DNA from: an uncultured Gemmatimonadales bacterium | GTDB lineage: Bacteria > Gemmatimonadota > Gemmatimonadetes > Longimicrobiales > RSA9 | Assembly (NCBI GenBank): GCA_963798085.1 | Contig: CAWCRS010000007.1 | Location: 1,664,001 to 1,728,000, forward strand | DNA: 64,000 nucleotides | Direction: 5' to 3' | Part shown: positions 40,641 to 52,581 of the stretch, in pieces | Layout: each line of letters begins with the position of its first letter | How positions within the stretch are numbered: the first letter of the stretch is position 1 | Position numbers and translations under genes: made by a program | The notes under the pieces: generated by a model | What the model saw: the letters and a program-made list of their open reading frames with translations, nothing else | Told to the model about the DNA's origin: nothing | Databases searched by the model: none

Positions 40641-43373
40641 TCATTTCCGCGCGTTGCCCGCAGCGCGTCGCAGCAGGTCCTGCAGCTCTTTCCAGCGGCG
40701 CCCGAATTCGTCCCACGAAAGCGCGCGCAGCGCGCGTTCCGCCTGCTGCATCAGATCGAGCGCCTGACGTGGCCAATCCAGCGTTCCCGCCGCGGGCGGC
40801 GTGTTGGCGACGGGGTTTCCGGATTCGTTCGCGCCCCGGATCGCCGCCACGGCCGCGTCCATGTTCTCCGCCATGGCGACCGTGGTGCCATCGCTGATCA
40901 CGACGCGCTGCAGCTGTGGTATCGAGCTATTGGAGCCGGACAGGTAGAGTGGCTCCACGTACAGCACGCTGCCATCCAGCGGCACCACGCGCAGCCGGCC
41001 GATCTCCACGTCGCTGCCGCCCTGTCGCCAGAGCGTGAGCTGCGCCGAGATCACCGGATCCTGCTCGATCAGTGTGCGCACCTGCTGCGGTCCCGAAACC
41101 TGCTGGTCGAGCGGCAACTCGAGCAGCAGCTTGCGACCGTAGTGCGGCGCGTCGTTCTGCACGAGCAGTATGGCCGTCATGTTCTGCCGGTCGCGCGCAA
41201 TGAACGGCAGCGCCAGCAGGAATTCCGGCCGCGTGCCGCCCGGCATGGGCGCGAGCAGATAGATGGGCGGGTAGTCGCGACCCAGTCCCGAGCCGGCACC
41301 TTCCTGCGGCACCTGCCACTCGCGCTGACCGGCAAAGAAAACGGAGGCACTGTCGACGTGGAATTTCTCCAGCACCTGGGCCTGCACCTGCAGCAGGCGC
41401 TGCGGATAGCGCAGGTGCCGCTGCAGCATGAGCGGCATGTCCTGGAGCGGGTGGAACAGTCCCGGGAACGCGCGCGCGTACGCCGCCAGGATCGGCTCCT
41501 GCGGATCAATGGCGTACAGCCGCGTCTCGCCCGTGATGGCGTCCACGGTGGCTTTTACGCTGTTGCGCAGGTAGCTGACGGTGCCCATGTCGCCAACGGT
41601 GCGGCCGGCCGAGAGCGGAAATGTCCGCGAGTAGGTGTACCCGTCCACGAGCCACACGATGTGCCCGTCGAGGATCACCGGTAACGGGCGAGGATCCCAG
41701 CCCAGGAACGGCGCCAGCGTGGCCACGCGTTCCTGCACGGAGCGACGGAACAGCAGCCGGCTCGTGGGCGTCAGCTCGCTCGAAAACAGCAGGTTACGGT
41801 CGCCGAAGCGCCAGGCGTACGCGAACACGCGCAGGAACGTGCCCAGCGGAACGCCCGCGCGCGCCGCCTGCGCGCCGCTGCCGCTCGAATCGCGGGGCGC
41901 GTTGACGATGAGGTATTCCTGGTCGCTCTCGCCGAAGAAGATGTTCGGGTGGTTCAGGACCAGATCGCCGGGCGCGCCCGCTTCGCGGCGGATGCTGGCG
42001 GCGGCCGCCGTGTCGCCGGCGGCTGTCACACTGCGCAGCCAGAACACCGGGTTACCGTCCTCCGTCTTTTCGGAAACCGGCGCTACCACCGCACCATTGC
42101 CGCGCACCTGATCCGCATTGAGATGCAGCGTTCTCCAGGTCGCGGCCGGCAGACCCTGGCGCGCGAATTCGCGCACCGCGATGGCCACCTGTGTCTCCGC
42201 ATTGGGGGGACCGTAGCGATCGAAGTGCACGCTCTCGAAATGGTAGTACGCGACCAGAGACTGCACCTGATTGAAGTAGGCCTGCAGCGGTGTCGCATCC
42301 CAGAGTGGCAGCCGATCCAGTGTGGCGCTGAGTTCACGCAGCTGACTCGTCGGCTGCGGGTGCACGGTGAGCGGCGCCCGCTCGAGGTCTTCCAGACCGA
42401 ATCCTCGTCGGGTGAACTCGAGACTCATGCGGATGTACGGTTCTTCGCGCGCCAGCTCGTTGGGCACGACGCGCAGCTTCTGCACGAAGGACGGGTAGGC
42501 AATGCCGAGTCCCAGACCCGCGAGCAGCAGTATGCCCACCGAGACCAGCGTGGGCAGCCAGTTGCGCACTACCACCGAGTAGACGATGGCCGCCGCAGTG
42601 AGCACGCTCACGAGTGTGAGCACCTGATACGCGGGCAGCCGTGCGTTGACGTCGGTGTAGCCCACGACGCCGCCAAAGCCGCCGCCGTGCAGCACTACCG
42701 CGTAGCGGCCCATCCAGTAGCGTGCCGCGATGAGCAGCACGAGTCCCGCGACCAGGATCGCGAAATGGACCTTGGGATAGTTCTCGACTTCGACGTGTCC
42801 ACCGCGCAGTCGGACAGCGCCCACCAGCACGTAGCCCACCAGGGCCAGCACGGCGCTCCACACGGTGACGAGCAGCAGGAAGTCGAGGAAGCGATCGAGC
42901 AGCGGCAGCGAGAAGACGTAGAAGCCCAGGTCGCGGTGCAGCAGCGGGTCGCGGATGCCCCAGCTCGTGCGCTGGATCCAGGCCAGCACGCCGGGCGCCT
43001 CGTCCGAGGGGATGCTGAGGCCCGACAGCCACCACCCGGCCAGCAGTGCGGCCAGCACGATGCCGGCCGTGACATAGCCGTGGGGTATCTGCTCCGCGAT
43101 TTCCAGATTGCCGTAGCGCCGCCGCAGCTGCACGGGCCCGAGATGCCGCACCACACGCAGCAGGTTGGCCAGCACAATGGCGGCGCCCAGCGCACCCGTG
43201 ACAACGCGCACCGCCGCCATGGCTGCCAGCTGCCGCCACATAACAGACTGATAGCCGAGCTGCTGGAACCACAGCAGCTCGGTGTACAGGTCGACGCCCA
43301 GGCGGCCCAGTATCAGCAGCACGATCAGCAGCACCCCGCCGATCAGAGCCAGCCTGGCCGGGCGCCGCATCAT
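40641..43373 (-). CDS. UPF0182 family membrane protein
   Basis: LWFQQLGY, DLGFYVFSLP, GYTDVNA, PNELARE and YLRNSVKATVDA. Confidence 0.93.
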   Translation of the reverse strand: MMRRPARLALIGGVLLIVLLILGRLGVDLYTELLWFQQLGYQSVMWRQLAAMAAVRVVTGALGAAIVLANLLRVVRHLGPVQLRRRYGNLEIAEQIPHGYVTAGIVLAALLAGWWLSGLSIPSDEAPGVLAWIQRTSWGIRDPLLHRDLGFYVFSLPLLDRFLDFLLLVTVWSAVLALVGYVLVGAVRLRGGHVEVENYPKVHFAILVAGLVLLIAARYWMGRYAVVLHGGGFGGVVGYTDVNARLPAYQVLTLVSVLTAAAIVYSVVVRNWLPTLVSVGILLLAGLGLGIAYPSFVQKLRVVPNELAREEPYIRMSLEFTRRGFGLEDLERAPLTVHPQPTSQLRELSATLDRLPLWDATPLQAYFNQVQSLVAYYHFESVHFDRYGPPNAETQVAIAVREFARQGLPAATWRTLHLNADQVRGNGAVVAPVSEKTEDGNPVFWLRSVTAAGDTAAAASIRREAGAPGDLVLNHPNIFFGESDQEYLIVNAPRDSSGSGAQAARAGVPLGTFLRVFAYAWRFGDRNLLFSSELTPTSRLLFRRSVQERVATLAPFLGWDPRPLPVILDGHIVWLVDGYTYSRTFPLSAGRTVGDMGTVSYLRNSVKATVDAITGETRLYAIDPQEPILAAYARAFPGLFHPLQDMPLMLQRHLRYPQRLLQVQAQVLEKFHVDSASVFFAGQREWQVPQEGAGSGLGRDYPPIYLLAPMPGGTRPEFLLALPFIARDRQNMTAILLVQNDAPHYGRKLLLELPLDQQVSGPQQVRTLIEQDPVISAQLTLWRQGGSDVEIGRLRVVPLDGSVLYVEPLYLSGSNSSIPQLQRVVISDGTTVAMAENMDAAVAAIRGANESGNPVANTPPAAGTLDWPRQALDLMQQAERALRALSWDEFGRRWKELQDLLRRAAGNARK

Positions 43374-43374
43374 C

Positions 43375-44748
43375 TCAGACGGATACTCCCTGTTGTCGCA
43401 GCCAGCCCTGCATGGTTTCCTGGATGTGCTGCAGCTGCGGTGTGGTTCGGGCTTCGAACCGCATGACCAGGACCGGCTGCGTATTGGAGGCGCGCAGCAG
43501 GCCCCAGCCGCCCTCGAACTTTACGCGCGCGCCATCCACGGCGATGACTTCGTGCGTGCGCCCGAACTCCGCTCCCGCCCGCCGCACAATGTCGAACTTG
43601 TTGTCCTCATTGACCTCGACGCGGATTTCCGGTGTGGAAACGTATTTCGGCAGCGCGTCGGTCAACTCGGCCAGCGTCCGGCCCGAGCGCGCCAGCAGTT
43701 CTGTCAGCCGGCATGCGCCAAACAGCGCGTCATCGAAGCCGTAGTAGTCTTCGCCGAAGCAGATGTGGCCGGAGAGTTCGCCGGCGATGGGCGCACCCAC
43801 CTCCTTCATCTTCTCCTTGATCAGCGAATGACCGGTCTTCCACATGATGGGCTCGCCACCGTGCGCGCGAAACACTTCGGGCAGCACCTCCGAGCATTTC
43901 ACATCGAACACCAGCTTCTGCGGCGCACCCAGCCGCTCCAGCACATCCAGGCCGAGCAGCAGCAGCAGCATATCGCCGCGGACGATGCGGCCGCTGCCAT
44001 CCACCGCGCCAATGCGATCCGCATCGCCATCGAACGCGACGCCGTAGTCGGCCTTCTGCTCGCGTACCGTGCGGATCAGGTCCGCGAGGTTCTCATCGAC
44101 GGTGGGATCGGGATGATGATTCGGGAAGGTGCCGTCGGATTCGCAGAAGATGCCGGTGACCTCCGCGCCGATGCGGCGCAGCAGCGCCGTGGCCACCAGG
44201 CTTCCGGTACCATTGCCGCAGTCGGCAACGACGCGCATCTGGTCGCGACAGGTGAAAGCGCGATCCCACGTCCTCGACATACGTCGCCAGCATCTCCTGT
44301 GCGGAAAGCCCGCCTGCACCATTCGCAAAGTCGCGTGCCTCGATGCGGCTGGCGCATGGCCTGGATCTCATTGCCGTACAGCGCGTGTCCCTGCACGATC
44401 AGCTTGAAGCCGTTGTACTCGGGCGGATTGTGCGACCCCGTGATCTGCACGCCGCCGTCCGTGCGCAGTTTCTCCGTCGCGTAGTACAACACCGGGGTTG
44501 GCACGGTCCCCACATTGATCACATCCACGCCCGCGGCACGCAGTCCGGCAACTACGCCAGCCGCCAGTGAAGGCGAGCTGGGTCGGTTGTCGTGACCCAC
44601 GGCAATGCGCGGGGCCGGCGTGCGGACTCGCGCCCGCACATCGCTGCCGAATGCGCGGCCGATAGACACGGGGAACATCGCCGGTGAGATCCTGCGCGAC
44701 GATCCCGCGTATGTCGTATTCACGGAAGATGTGTGCGTTCACCGCCAC
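43375..44748 (-). CDS. Phosphomannomutase/phosphoglucomutase (AlgC-like); indels
   Basis: IFREYDIRG, TGSHNP, FPNHHPDP, DGDADR, GELSGH and RASNT. Confidence 0.93.
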
Positions 44749-44851
44749 GCGCCGCCTCCGGTGTCGTGTGGTTTCGCGGAATGTGGCGGGGCGCCCCGGT
44801 GGTCGTCAAACACGCAGGCCCGATGCCACGATGCGTGTGCTGACCGGCGCG

Positions 44852-46364
44852 TCAGCGAAACAGGAATCCGAAGGAAGCGGCCGGAACGTGCAGCAGAGCT
44901 GGCGGCGCTGCGTTCCGCCGCAGCCAGCACGCTGCCCGGGAAAATGCCCAGTGCGATCACTGCCACGGCTGCGACGGCAACCCCGACGCGCAGGCCGGTG
45001 GACAGCGGGGCCATGGCCGGCTGATCATCGCCGGGTTCACGGAACCACATGTACCATGCCACGCGCAGGTAGTACCAGTAGGAAAGGAGTGAGGCCATTA
45101 CGAGCACGACGGCGAGGAGCACGAGACCGCGCTCCACCGCGGCGCGCAGCAGGAAGACTTTCCCAATGAAGCCTGCGGTGAAGGGGAATCCCGCGAGCGA
45201 CAGGAGGAACACGGTCATGGCGGCAGCCAGCAGCGGCTGGCGCCAGCCAAGTCCGCTGTACGATTCCAGGTCCAGTCTGGCCTCGTGCATGCCGGCCACG
45301 GCAATGACCACGGCGAATGCACCCATGGTCATGATCGTGTAGACCAGCGCATAGAAGAGGAATGACGCGGCGCCCAGCGCACTGCCTGCCGCCAATGCCA
45401 CGAGCAGGTAGCCCGCGTGCGCAATGCTGGAGTACGCGAGCATGCGTTTGATGTTGCCTTCCACCAGCGCCACCAGGTTGGCCACCACCATCGTAATGAC
45501 GGCGAGCCACACGGCGATCGCATCCCACGTGTCGTAGAGACCGGGGAACGCGGTAAGAAACACGCGCAGGAAGGCGGCGAAGGCGGCGGCCTTGACCGCG
45601 GCCGCCATGAAGCCGGTCACGGGTGCGGGCGCTCCTTCGTAGGCATCCGGCGTCCACATGTGGAACGGCACCGCGGCAACCTTGAAGCCGAATCCCACCG
45701 CGAGCATCACGACACCGATGATCGAGCAGCGGGACTCGCGCCCAGTGCCATCCACGCCGGCGGCGAGGGCGATCGCACCAGGCTGGTCGTGCCGGTCGCA
45801 CCGAACACGAGCGCCACGCCCAGCAGGAAGAATGCGCTGGAGAACGCGCCCAGCAGGAAATACTTGAGCGCACCTTCCGCCGAGCGCACATCGCGACGGT
45901 TCACGCCCGTGAGCACGTACACCGGCACGGACATCAGCTCCAGCCCGATGAACATCGAGCATCAGATCGGTCGTGCCCGAGAAGATCATCATGCCCACGG
46001 TGGCGAACAGCACCAGCACATAGAGTTCGCCCAGCCGCAGATGCTCCTGCGACAGATAACGGCCCGAGATGAGCAGGAAGAACGCGACGGCCAGCAGAAA
46101 CACGTAGTTTGTGAAGACCCGGAATCCGTCCAGGGCAACAACGCCCTCGCCGTTGCCGTGCACGGTCAGCAGCCAGGTGTTGGCCGCCAGCGCCAGCAGC
46201 ACGCCGATGCCCGTCAGCAGTGTGATCGACGGTCGCGATGGATCGGGCCGGTCGCCTTTCTGAAACACGTCGACGAGCAGCACCAGCATGGCCCACACCG
46301 ACAGCACCACCTCGGGCAGGAGCGCCAGGGCGTACTGGCCGGGCTGCATCATGTCGAGGTTCAT
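44852..46364 (-). CDS. nuoN: NADH-quinone oxidoreductase subunit N; indels
   Basis: EGALKYFLLG, FKVAAVPFHMWTPDAYEGAP and KRMLAYSSIAHAGY. The frame-corrected end is ...FGFLFR* at 44852. Confidence 0.93.
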
Positions 46365-47934
46365 TTCTGCCCTCGCGCGCTGCCCGCGGGAAGCTGCAGC
46401 GCGGCTGCCGACATGGAAGGCGCCCGGCGCTGGCCCACCGAGCGCACCAGTGCCGTGACCGAGGCTTCCATGCGCTCCAGCACAGGTCGGGGATAGCAGC
46501 CCAGCCAGATCATGCCCGCCAGCAGCGGCACGAGCACCGCCATTTCGCGCCGGCTCAGATCAGGCAGTGACCTGTTCTCGGGCTTGTCGAGCGAATTGAA
46601 CCAGACGCGCTGCACCATGGGCAGCATGTAATACGCTGCCAGGATGACGCCTGTCGCGCCGATCATGGCGGCGAACGGGTGCGTCTCGAACGTACCCAGC
46701 AGCGCCAGGAACTCGCCCACGAAGCCGCTCGTGCCCGGCAGGCCTATGCTGGCGAGCGCGGTCACCACGAACGCGGCCGCGAACATGGGCGCTACGGTGG
46801 CGAGTCCGCCGAAATCGGCGATCAGTCGGGTGTGCCGCCGTTCGTAGAGCATGCCGATGCAGCAGGAACATGGCGCCGGTCGACAGTCCGTGCGACAGCA
46901 TCACCATCAGCGCGCCCTGCAGGCTGGGAATCGTGACCGCGAACACGCCCAGCACCACGAAGCCCATGTGCGCCACCAATGTGTACGCGATCAGCTTCTT
47001 GGCATCCGGCTGCACGGCCGCGACCATGGCGGCGTACGTGATGCCCAGCAGTCCGAGCAGCAGCATCAGACCCACGATCAGCGGTTGCGTGGCCGCCTGC
47101 GGGAAGAACGGCAGCAGGAAGCGCAGAAAGCCGTAGGCGCCCAGTTTCAGCAGAACGGCGGCCAGAATCACGGAACCTGGCGTGGGTGCCTCCACGTGCG
47201 CATCGGGCAGCCAGGTGTGGAACGGGAACAGCGGGACCTTGATGGCGAAGGCAAGAGCGAACGCGCCGAACAGCCAGTACTGCTCGCCGAACGTCAGCTG
47301 CACGCGCAGCAGGTCCTCGTAGGCGAACGAGAGGTCGCCTGTCAGCGCGCGGTACTTGAAGAAGAGATAGAGTATGCCCACCAGCATGAGCAGTGAGCCG
47401 AACGTCGTGTAGAGGAAGAACTTCGATGGCCGCATACACCCGCCGCTGCCCGCCCCACAGGCCGATGATGAAGTACATCGGCACCAGCATGATCTCCCAG
47501 AACATGAAGAACAGGAACAGGTCGTTAGCGACGAACACGCCCAGCACGCCCGCTTCCAGCAGCAGCATCAGGGCGTAGAAGCTCCGTTCCCGCTCCCGGA
47601 TGTAGCGGAATGACGCCAGCAGCGTCAGCGGCATGAGGAACGTCGTGAGCAGCACCAGCATGAGGCTGATGCCGTCGATGCCCACGCGATAGTGGATGCC
47701 CCACTGCGGGATCCAGGCCACGTCTGCCGTGAACTGCATGCCGGCCGCGGCCGGATTGAACAGGAACCAGAGTGGCAGCGACAGCAGGAACTCCGCGGCC
47801 GCCAGCAGTGTCGCGAGCACGCGTGGCGTGCGGCCCACGCCCAGCAGCAGCAGTGCCGTGCCCAGCGCGGGCAGCAGCAGCAGCGCGCCGAGCACCCAGC
47901 TCGGATAACCCACCGACTGCAGCAGCCCGCTCAT
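46361..47934 (-). CDS. nuoM: NADH-quinone oxidoreductase subunit M; indels
   Basis: GIDGISL, FWEIMLVPMY, HTWLPDAHVEAPT and GLPGTSGFVGE. Confidence 0.93.
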
Positions 47935-49956
47935 CGCAGCACCATCAGCGCGAGGAGCAGCAGCACGCCGGCCACCACGGCGAACGCGTAGCTGTTCAGC
48001 TGGCCCGTCTGCAGTCGCGAGCCCACCCAGCCGAAGGCGCGCGCGGCGTACCCTGCCCCGTTCACCGTGCCGTCGATGAGGAAGCCATCGATGAAGCGTG
48101 CCAGCCCGCGCGAAAGCGCCATGATCGGGCGCACGATGAGCGCGTCGTAGATCTCATCGACGTACCACTTGTGGTAGAGCACACGCGCAAAGCCGCGCGG
48201 TTCGGGCGATGTCGCGGCCGGTTCGTACCTGTGACTGCCGATGATGCGCGCCGCCAGCAGGATGGTCCGCCACTGCCAGCGCGAACGCGATCAGCGCGCC
48301 CACACTCCCTCGCCGCCGCCGACCGGCGCCTGCTCCAGCGGGCGAGGCAGGTGTGTGAGTGCGATGTTGTCGGCGTGCGCCGTCACCGGGCTCAGCCACT
48401 CGAGCAGCCATTCCGAGGACGGCAGCCAGCCCAGCACGGGTGCCTGCGAAATCGATTCGGGAACGTTGATCCAGCCACCGACCGTGGACAGCAGCGCCAG
48501 CACCACGAGTGGTACCCACATGACGCGCGGCACTTCGTGCAGATGCTTGCGTTCGGCTTCACCCGTGCGGTTGCTGCCGTGGAACGTCATCACCATCAGG
48601 CGAGTCATGTAGAACGCGGTCAGCAGCGCCGCGAGCAGCGCCATGAGCCAGTCCAGGCGGAACCAGAAGCCTTGTGCACCCGTCGCGCGCGCGCCCACCT
48701 GCCAGATGATCTCATCCTTGGAGAAGAATCCGGCGAACGGCCATACACCGGAAATGGCCAGTGTCGCCACCCACATGCACGCCCAGGTGATCGGCAGGTA
48801 CCGGCGCAGGCCGCCCATGTTGCGCATGTCCTGCGCGTCCGCGTGGCTGTGCGTGTGATGCAGTGCACTGTGCATGGCGTGGATCACGGCGCCCGAACCC
48901 AGGAAGAGCAGCGCCTTGAAGAACGCGTGTGTCATCAGGTGGAAGATGCCGGCCGCGTAGGCGCCCACACCCACACCCACGAACATGTAGCCGAGCTGGG
49001 AAACGGTGGAGTACGCCAGCACCTTCTTGATGTCGTATTGCGCGAGGCCGATGGTGGCTGCGAACAGTGCTGTCAGCGCGCCCACGGTGGCCACCACGGT
49101 CCCGGACACGGGCGCCAGCGCGAAGAGCACGCCGGCCGGGCGACCAGGTAGACGCCGGCGGTGACCATGGTAGCCGCGTGGATCAGCGCACTCACCGGTG
49201 TGGGTCCGGCCATGGCGTCGGGCAGCCACACATACAGGGGAATCTGCGCGCTCTTGCCTACCGCGCCCAGGAACAGGAACAGCGTGAGCGCGGTGATGGC
49301 CGCGTCGCCGTACGCGAACGTGGCGGGCGCCTGCTGCGAAGATGCGCACGAAGTCGAGCGTGCCCACGTTCGCGTACAGCATGAACATCGCGATCATGAA
49401 GCCGACATCGCCAATGCGGTTCACGATGAAGGCCTTCTTGCCGGCGTCCGCCTTCGCCTGGTCCGTGAACCAGAAACCGATGAGCAGGTAGCTGCACAGT
49501 CCGACGCCTTCCCAGCCCACGAACATCAGCGGGAAATTCGCGCCCAGCACCAGTACCAGCATGAAGAAGACGAAGAGATTGAGATACGCGAAATAGCGCG
49601 CGTATCCCGGATCGTCTCCCATGTAGCCCACGCTGAACAGATGGATCAGGAAGCCCACGCCCGTAACGATCAGTGCCATCAGCACGGACAGCTGATCCAG
49701 CTGGAACGCCGCGTTCACGTGCAGGCTGCCGGCAACCAGCCACTGCCAGTAGGTCTGCACGATCGGTCCCGCGATCTTCGGCGCCGCGCAGTCGCAGGAA
49801 GTTGGTCAGCGCGATCAGGAACGCGGCGCCTATCATGGCCGGCCCCACGACCGTGGGGATGCGCTTGCGCTGCGGCGCGAGGAACGCTGCCGCGCTGTTG
49901 ATCACGAAACCGAGCAGCGGCAGAACCGCAATGGCCCAGAAGAAAAAGGGCTCCAC
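47931..49956 (-). CDS. nuoL: NADH-quinone oxidoreductase subunit L; indels
   Basis: [48 protein letters not shown] and KWYVDEIY. Confidence 0.93.
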
Positions 49957-49957
49957 G

Positions 49958-50251
49958 TTACCAGCGCAGCAGGTTGAAGTTCTTCATGTCTACCGTCTCC
50001 GTGAGACGGAAGATCGAAATGATGATGGCAAGACCCACGGCCGCTTCGGCGGCGGCCACGGTCATGACGAAGAAGACGAAGACCTGCCCCTGAATGCCGA
50101 TGGTGGTCGACAACGCGACAAACGCCAGGTTCACTGCATTGAGCATCAGCTCGATGCAGAGAAACAGGATGATGGCATTGCGCCGGAAGATCACGCCCGC
50201 CGTGCCAATGGCGAAGAGGATGGCCGACAGCACGAGCGACTCGGTGACCAC
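49958..50251 (-). CDS. nuoK: NADH-quinone oxidoreductase subunit K
   Basis: RRNAI, IELMLNA and [11 protein letters not shown]. Confidence 0.95.
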   Translation of the reverse strand: MVTESLVLSAILFAIGTAGVIFRRNAIILFLCIELMLNAVNLAFVALSTTIGIQGQVFVFFVMTVAAAEAAVGLAIIISIFRLTETVDMKNFNLLRW

Positions 50252-50252
50252 G

Positions 50253-50768
50253 TCACACCCTCCGTTTCGCAAGGATCACGGCGCCCACAATGGCCACGAG
50301 CAGCAGGATCGAAGTCAGCTCGAACGGCAACAGGAAGTTGCGGTACAGCGGGTCGGCAATGGCTCCGACGGCGTTCAGCTCCGTCGACAGCCGCATCGAT
50401 CTTTGCGGCTCCGCCCGCTGTACCACCGCCTGGGGCGCCATGACCGCGTGCGACACGGCCCAGCCGATCATGCCGGCGGCGCTGAATCCCAGCACCACCC
50501 AGCCGCCGCTGCGCATGTCCGACCGGTAGTCGTGGCCCAGGTTCAGCAGCATGATGACGAACAGGAAGAGTACCAGAATGGCGCCCGCGTAGACGATCAC
50601 CTGCGCCACGGCAATGAAATGCGCGCCCAGCAGCACGTAGATGCCGGCGAGCGAGAAGAACGTGAGCACCAGGAACATGAGACTGGCGACCGGATTGCGC
50701 CGGGTAACGGTCCCGATGCCGCCGCCAATCGCGACGGATGCGAACACCCACCAGATGAATTGCGTCAT
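50253..50768 (-). CDS. nuoJ: NADH-quinone oxidoreductase subunit J
   Basis: [20 protein letters not shown] and [12 protein letters not shown]. Confidence 0.95.
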   Translation of the reverse strand: MTQFIWWVFASVAIGGGIGTVTRRNPVASLMFLVLTFFSLAGIYVLLGAHFIAVAQVIVYAGAILVLFLFVIMLLNLGHDYRSDMRSGGWVVLGFSAAGMIGWAVSHAVMAPQAVVQRAEPQRSMRLSTELNAVGAIADPLYRNFLLPFELTSILLLVAIVGAVILAKRRV

Positions 50769-51262
50769 TGGCCGAGCGGATCCTCCGGATCCCACAGTGC
50801 CGTGACCGGGTGGTCCTGCGCCATCAACCGATCCAGGTCGTAGATGAAACGCTCGCGCGTGAATTCCGCATTCTCGTAATCCTGACCGACGTGGATCGCT
50901 TCCACCGGACAGACTTCCTGGCACATGCCGCAGAAGATGCAGCGGAATTCGTCGATCTCGTAAACCACCGGATAGCGATTCCCCTGATCATCCTCGCCCG
51001 GCACCAGGCGAATGCAGTTGGCCGGGCATATGGTCGGGCAGAGTCCGCAGGCCACGCACTTGGGCCGCCCGTCCGCGTGCACCGCCATGCGATGGGTGCC
51101 CCGCCAGCGCGGCGAAAGTGGTGCCTTTTCGTCCGGGTACTCGAGTGTGACTTTGCGCGGCCGGATCAGATGGCGGAACGTCAGCGCCATGCCGCGCATC
51201 GAGGCGCGCAGGTACGATGTGTTGACCTCGGGCCTGCGCACCACTTTCACCGCAATTGCCAT
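50765..51262 (-). CDS. nuoI: NADH-quinone oxidoreductase subunit I
   Basis: CVACGLCPTICP and CIFCGMCQEVCP. Confidence 0.96.
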   Translation of the reverse strand: MAIAVKVVRRPEVNTSYLRASMRGMALTFRHLIRPRKVTLEYPDEKAPLSPRWRGTHRMAVHADGRPKCVACGLCPTICPANCIRLVPGEDDQGNRYPVVYEIDEFRCIFCGMCQEVCPVEAIHVGQDYENAEFTRERFIYDLDRLMAQDHPVTALWDPEDPLGQ

Positions 51263-52581
51263 CAGTCCTCCCTCGCCGCGCTGCTCGTGGCCTCGGCGCG
51301 GCGCACGCGGTGCAGGGTCACGCCTGCGGGCAATCCGGCCGCCGCACGCCGCTGCGGCTTCTCCGTACCGCTGATGATGTGGTCCCGGTCGATGAGCCTG
51401 TGGAAGACCAGTGTAGCCACGCCCGTCACGGCCGTGAGGATCAGTCCATAGAGTGGAATGCCGTGCCAGAAGCCGTAGGGCAGCCCGGTCTGGTCCAGCA
51501 CGAGGATGGTCGTGCCGATCAGCGCGATGTACCCGAGCGCAGTGGGCAGCAGCACCTTCCAGCCGAGATGCATCACCTGGTCATAGCGGAAACGCGGCAC
51601 GGTCCAGCGGATCCACATGAACACGAACACGAAGAACAGCGTCTTGATCGTGAAGCTGATGAACGTCAGCACTGTCTTCCACCATGCCGGGCTGGCGCCC
51701 AGGATCACGCCTGGCGCCACCACGTACATGTTGTCGCCCCGCCAGAAGGGAATGTCCCAGCCGCCCAGGAACAGCGTGGCCATGAGTGCGGAAGACGTCA
51801 GCATGTTGGCGTATTCGGCAATGAAGAACATGCTGAACTTCATCGACGAATACTCGGTGTGATAACCGGTGACCAGCTCGGACTCCGCTTCCGCCAGATC
51901 GAAGGGCAGGCGGTTGGTCTCGGCCAGCGCCGAGATCACGAACAGCACGAAGGAGAGGCTGAGCGGAAAGATCAGCCAGATGCCCAGCTCCTGCTGCTGC
52001 GTCCAGATGATGTGCGTCAGCGTCACGTTGCCGGCCAGCATGAAGACAGGCACCAGGCTCATGCCCAGTGACACTTCGTAGCTGACCATCTGCGCGCTCG
52101 CGCGCAGGCCGCCCAGGAACGCGTACTTGTTGTTGGATGCCCAGCCCGCCATCACGATGCCGTAGACGCCGAGACTCGTGAGCGCCAGCACGTACAGGAC
52201 GCCGATGGGCAGGTCGGCGATGATCATGTCGACGAGGCCCCATGGCGTGGGCAGCGGTGCGGCGAACGGCACTACCGCGAAGGTCACGAGGGCCGGCCCG
52301 ATGGCGAACATCGGCGCGAGGATGAAGAACACGCGCGATGCGCGCAGCGGGTACGTCTCTTCCTTCACCAGGTTCTTGAGACCATCGGCGAACGGCTGCA
52401 GCAGGCCGCGCGGTCCCACGCGATTGGGACCCATGCGATCCTGGATCCACGCCGAGATGCGTCGCTCCGCCAGCGTCAGCATCGCCACGGTGACCATCAC
52501 CACGGTGAACACGATGATGATCTTCAAGACGCTGAAGACCAGGAACATCGTTTCCGACAGCGTCCCGACCTGGTGCTGCAT
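51262..52581 (-). CDS. nuoH: NADH-quinone oxidoreductase subunit H (long, 439 aa)
   Basis: QDRMGPNRVG, QPFADGLK, ETNRLPFDLAEAESEL and PRFRYDQ. Confidence 0.96.
   Translation of the reverse strand: MQHQVGTLSETMFLVFSVLKIIIVFTVVMVTVAMLTLAERRISAWIQDRMGPNRVGPRGLLQPFADGLKNLVKEETYPLRASRVFFILAPMFAIGPALVTFAVVPFAAPLPTPWGLVDMIIADLPIGVLYVLALTSLGVYGIVMAGWASNNKYAFLGGLRASAQMVSYEVSLGMSLVPVFMLAGNVTLTHIIWTQQQELGIWLIFPLSLSFVLFVISALAETNRLPFDLAEAESELVTGYHTEYSSMKFSMFFIAEYANMLTSSALMATLFLGGWDIPFWRGDNMYVVAPGVILGASPAWWKTVLTFISFTIKTLFFVFVFMWIRWTVPRFRYDQVMHLGWKVLLPTALGYIALIGTTILVLDQTGLPYGFWHGIPLYGLILTAVTGVATLVFHRLIDRDHIISGTEKPQRRAAAGLPAGVTLHRVRRAEATSSAARED

Noticed and set aside
44781..44810. Promoter upstream of the phosphomannomutase gene (TTGACG-N18-CACATT) with a GGGGCGCCCC palindrome
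   Set aside because: The -10 match is weak and a GC-only palindrome is expected by chance at this base composition.
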